Part shown: piece by piece, positions 61,801 through 64,000 of the stretch
Layout: each line of letters opens with the position of its first letter
Numbering within the stretch: position 1 is the first letter of the stretch
Source: an uncultured Bacteroidota bacterium
Lineage (GTDB): Bacteria > Bacteroidota > Ignavibacteria > Kryptoniales > JAKASW01
Length of the DNA stretch: 64,000 bases
Assembly: GCA_963808245.1 (NCBI GenBank)
Contig: CAWEES010000002.1
Span: 824,177 to 888,176 of the forward strand
Reading direction: 5' to 3'
The notes under the pieces: model-generated
What the model was told of the DNA's origin: nothing
What the model saw: the letters and a program-made list of their open reading frames with translations, nothing else
The model's database searches: none
Made by a program: the position numbers and the translations under genes

Positions 61801-62103
61801 AAAATCGGCAAGGAGTAAACCTGTCGAGTTAGTATTAATCGGAATATTTACCGTTGCTGTTGACGCCGCCGCAGTAAATGCCGTGGTGCTATTATATAGG
61901 AGAATATTAACAGGAATAAAGAGATCGAGAACACCGTCTCCATTCAGATCTCCCCACGCGAACCCGCCGTTTGCGCCGGGTGCTCCCCCTGTGAGGGAAA
62001 CTGCCGGTCCGGACTGGAACGTCGCTTCCTGCGCGTATACCGTACTCAATCCCAACAAAAGCATGAATGCTCCTGCGGTGAATGAGCGTAAAAAGCTTTT
62101 CAT
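58867..62103 (-). CDS. FG-GAP/VCBS repeat + ASPIC/UnbV + four Fn3-like + T9SS CTD protein
   Basis: Repeated D(L/F/Y)N.DG..D motifs, AIGAK...NFGLG...V.WP, four YYW(R/K) modules, QNYPNPFNP. Confidence 0.85.
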   Translation of the reverse strand: MKSFLRSFTAGAFMLLLGLSTVYAQEATFQSGPAVSLTGGAPGANGGFAWGDLNGDGVLDLFIPVNILLYNSTTAFTAAASTATVNIPINTNSTGLLLADFNGDGVPDLFTTNGGSPSGGLFYDTAGVFKAATGIGDLATAGVTGEVFQGLAAAPIDHSNYLSVAWPGNFTNIDASSGPYARNGGIWLLKGGPSGFTDIGKGATGANYGIDSSLSYESWDVRFFDANNDGWQDLLMPSFRNGYTRVGASTDGGRKGCVMFLNDGTGKFIVPNFTSLGRPIYVLDSVVLNKAGTIDSIEYASLETLTHSDTGIIVDDTLRHFAAIGEQWGDLNNDGNEDLVLNGLNANDNRDGNRKLVGDVILYGKGDGTYTYKWNGTAVVANNGLVQDTHQRAIDVGDYNNDGLEDIYTSVTNGGAHLYRNNGDGTFTDVATLDAVAGNNSRAGGFVDYNKDGFLDIFQYTGGSAWIQKNNGNANKWVGFIPVGTGHNMSAIGAKFTVYTGATKQIRVIKAEGGSAGMAGSLNANFGLGTASKIDSVNVWWPDNTSHTYVFGAANNTIPLNAYYKIQEGSVIPSAPTTIRPSYAVHDTSLANTDTLSWNAATTGSGTTTYQVQIASNLAFSTIVKTLSGVAGTSTTTRLGLSTKYYWRVQALDNLVPGPYSAIDSFRTRVVADTITPVQLLPANQSTTVGNKPTLVVSYVPIASTYHFQVRSDSAKGFTNTSGFVVNDSTSDFDTTWAITTALTPSHTYYWRVRGYNPAGSSAFSPVDSFTIMYLPAVPTLIHPSVNQANVPVNPLTLTWRHEAGDSNYVAQLWTYNTGGQVLMVDTTKHDTSWTINSGLLNRAYYYWKVLCFNQGGPSNYTAVDSFTSVIEVPISPLTVSPKSAAGVPTWPRKSTFTWSPAVNAQWYHLQVATASDFSGDVVADTTMIADTTLQISDTLAASTTYYWRASSINLGGEGAFSSPTVFKTGTGVLGVRAFGNGVVPKVFALYQNYPNPFNPSTTIRYDLPKNAYVQVIIYDVLGREVAKLVDGMQQASEQSVQWNPSTLSSGVYFCRIQARPVDGSSNFTALKKLLFLK

Positions 62104-62288
62104 ATTTCCTCCAAAGTTTTTTTTGTTATCGGAATAACTGTTAATTAATCAACCTTGAATCTTCAACAATTTCCGATACATTTTCAAAGAGTGTTAAAAA
62201 ACAAAATCTGATTCACAACAAATTGCACTTAAAACCTGACCACCTCCTTTGCTTCCACAAAACCATAATTATAAGTTTAATAAGTCCA

Positions 62289-62331
62289 TCCTGTCCCGGC
62301 TTCGACACGAAGATCTCCGACCGGGACAGGA
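62289..62331. other. Intergenic stem-loop without U-tract
   Basis: TCCTGTCCCGG-N21-CCGGGACAGGA just after the stop of the last gene. Confidence 0.6.
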
Positions 62332-62348
62332 GTACTTAGGGAGAAGTA

Positions 62349-64000
62349 TTACTTCATTAGAACTAATTTCTTGGTTATCGAAACACCGCCAGCTTTCAAT
62401 TGATAGAGATACACTCCGCTCGCGAATTTGGCGCCGTCAAATGTGGCAACATAATTCCCGGCGTGTTGAATACCTGAATATAATGTGGCGACCTCCTGCC
62501 CGAGAACGTTATAAACTTTTAACGTCACAAAGCCGTTCTTCGGGACCGAATAATTAATCTGCGTCGTCGGATTGAACGGGTTGGGATAGTTCTGTGAAAG
62601 CGAGTAAGCCACAGGAACGCCACCGCTTCGTGCCTTTACGGCAGTGATTCCGGTATTCAGCCATTCCGAGATATTGGTATGCTCAGCAGCTTCTTGAGCC
62701 TGCCACGCGGGATATTGAACAGGGTACCAGTGGTAAAGGTCTCCGAGTGGGAAGCCGCCAAGACCCGCACTTAACAAGGCCGAGTTGTTATAAGAAAGGT
62801 CTTCACTAAGAGGCCAAGCCTGCTGCACATCCACAGAAGGATCAAATGCCCAGTTGACGTTCTGACCCGTCACCCATCTTCCCATCAGGAAAGATTCGAT
62901 GCTATCTATGTTTGTCGGGGACAAAACAAAGCCAGGATTGGTCGAGTCATAAAGGTTTGCTCTGTTCATATAAGGAAACGCTTTCGCTCCGCCTGTCAGG
63001 ACAGAGTCAAAGAAAACTTCTGTCTTTCTGCTCATGATAGGCATGAGACCTATTTTGCCAAATCCTACGGCAGTATCGTTATAAGCGTTGTGAGCTAGGA
63101 AATTGGTGTACCAGTTCTCAAAGCCGTAGCTGCTATTCGCAAAAAGTATGTGACGCTGCAGTGACGCTGAGGCTGTAGAGGAATCGGTGAACGGGACCGT
63201 AAACCCGAATGTCGACACGCTGTCGATATTTATTGTACCGCCAACCGGAACCATATTAGTCCCGTCTTGCGCAGGAATATCTCCCATTAAATAAGAATTC
63301 ACAAAGACGCAATTCGTCACTGCCAGATTCCACCAATAAGATGACTCGAGAGTGTACATCATCGAGTTTAGAAAAGTGCAATGATTGAATGAGACGTAGT
63401 CTGCATATTCCGGTGCTTCTTGCATGTAGGCATATCCCACGTTTGCAATCGTGCAATTCTCAAAAGAGATACTGTCTGTGTGCCATGTCGTGCTTTGATA
63501 GGTCCACGAAACAGGTCTGCCATAGTAACGATAATGCGGATCGGTGCAATTCCGAAAATATGTGTTTGTAAAGTTCCCGTGAAAGTGTTTGCATGACGGC
63601 TCTATCGCTCCGCCGCCATTACCTATACTCATGTAATCGATTATGCAATCGTCGAACTGCGCGATTTCACCTTTGCCGCTCAGATCCGCGAGGGAATCGT
63701 CTTCTATCACGATGCTCGATCCGACCTGAGCGCCAATCGTAGTTGCTTCCATAATCCAAACGTTCTTCATGGTAAGGTCGCCATAACAGTCGAAATTGTA
63801 TGTTGTAGTGACGCCACCACTGGTGGTCCAGGCTATTTGGGGTAAAGCGGTTTGTTGCGTTGTACCCGGCTGAGGCCCGACAAGGTAAAGATGCGAGTGC
63901 GGCGGAGTTGTAATGGTCCCGGTAAGAATATAATAGCCATAGGCCTGCAACATAAAAACGGTATTGGATAGATTATTGGTATGATTCACAGAATCAGCCG
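62349..64000 (-). CDS. T9SS cargo protein with beta-helix-like region (5' end beyond window)
   Basis: Frame is open to the window edge. Repeated F.NC(T/V)(F/I).N strands, GFPLGDL..W, C-terminal SQNYPNPFNP...KKLVLMK. Confidence 0.8.
   Translation of the reverse strand, partial: ADSVNHTNNLSNTVFMLQAYGYYILTGTITTPPHSHLYLVGPQPGTTQQTALPQIAWTTSGGVTTTYNFDCYGDLTMKNVWIMEATTIGAQVGSSIVIEDDSLADLSGKGEIAQFDDCIIDYMSIGNGGGAIEPSCKHFHGNFTNTYFRNCTDPHYRYYGRPVSWTYQSTTWHTDSISFENCTIANVGYAYMQEAPEYADYVSFNHCTFLNSMMYTLESSYWWNLAVTNCVFVNSYLMGDIPAQDGTNMVPVGGTINIDSVSTFGFTVPFTDSSTASASLQRHILFANSSYGFENWYTNFLAHNAYNDTAVGFGKIGLMPIMSRKTEVFFDSVLTGGAKAFPYMNRANLYDSTNPGFVLSPTNIDSIESFLMGRWVTGQNVNWAFDPSVDVQQAWPLSEDLSYNNSALLSAGLGGFPLGDLYHWYPVQYPAWQAQEAAEHTNISEWLNTGITAVKARSGGVPVAYSLSQNYPNPFNPTTQINYSVPKNGFVTLKVYNVLGQEVATLYSGIQHAGNYVATFDGAKFASGVYLYQLKAGGVSITKKLVLMK

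Overview
Chromosomal window from an FCB-group bacterium, probably Ignavibacteria/Kryptonia-like. This is inferred from the many 'QNYPNPFNP' T9SS sorting domains together with sigma70-type promoters and SD sites. The left part (1-26.5 kb) is largely housekeeping. It holds a redox operon (small membrane protein, ferredoxin, NfnAB, an Ald-like protein lacking two catalytic residues, a CoA-transferase), groES-groEL with two CIRCE elements, and a nine-heme cytochrome c carrying a T9SS sorting domain. It continues with an otsA-mscS-DUF5752-treT-otsB trehalose operon, tmRNA, an Hpt/receiver pair, DPP-IV, hutIG, an LD-carboxypeptidase and tRNA-Phe. The right part (28-64 kb) is a glucuronoxylan utilisation locus: LacI, uxuA, uxaC, an SDR, two GH10, two GH30_8, GH8, GH43, a frameshifted GH115, CE15, CE4, an SGNH esterase, a GH35-like enzyme, a beta-helix protein and two large non-catalytic T9SS cargo proteins. 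Best leads: (1) a URO-D/MtaA-like methyltransferase plus PurU inside the locus, suggesting a route to demethylate 4-O-methylglucuronate; (2) two GH30 paralogs with a T9SS 'C-terminal' domain inserted inside an N-terminal beta-sandwich, which differ at the glucuronate-recognising Arg; (3) a T9SS-exported multiheme cytochrome. No CRISPR, integrase or transposase was seen. All family calls come from motif recognition by eye, not database searches.
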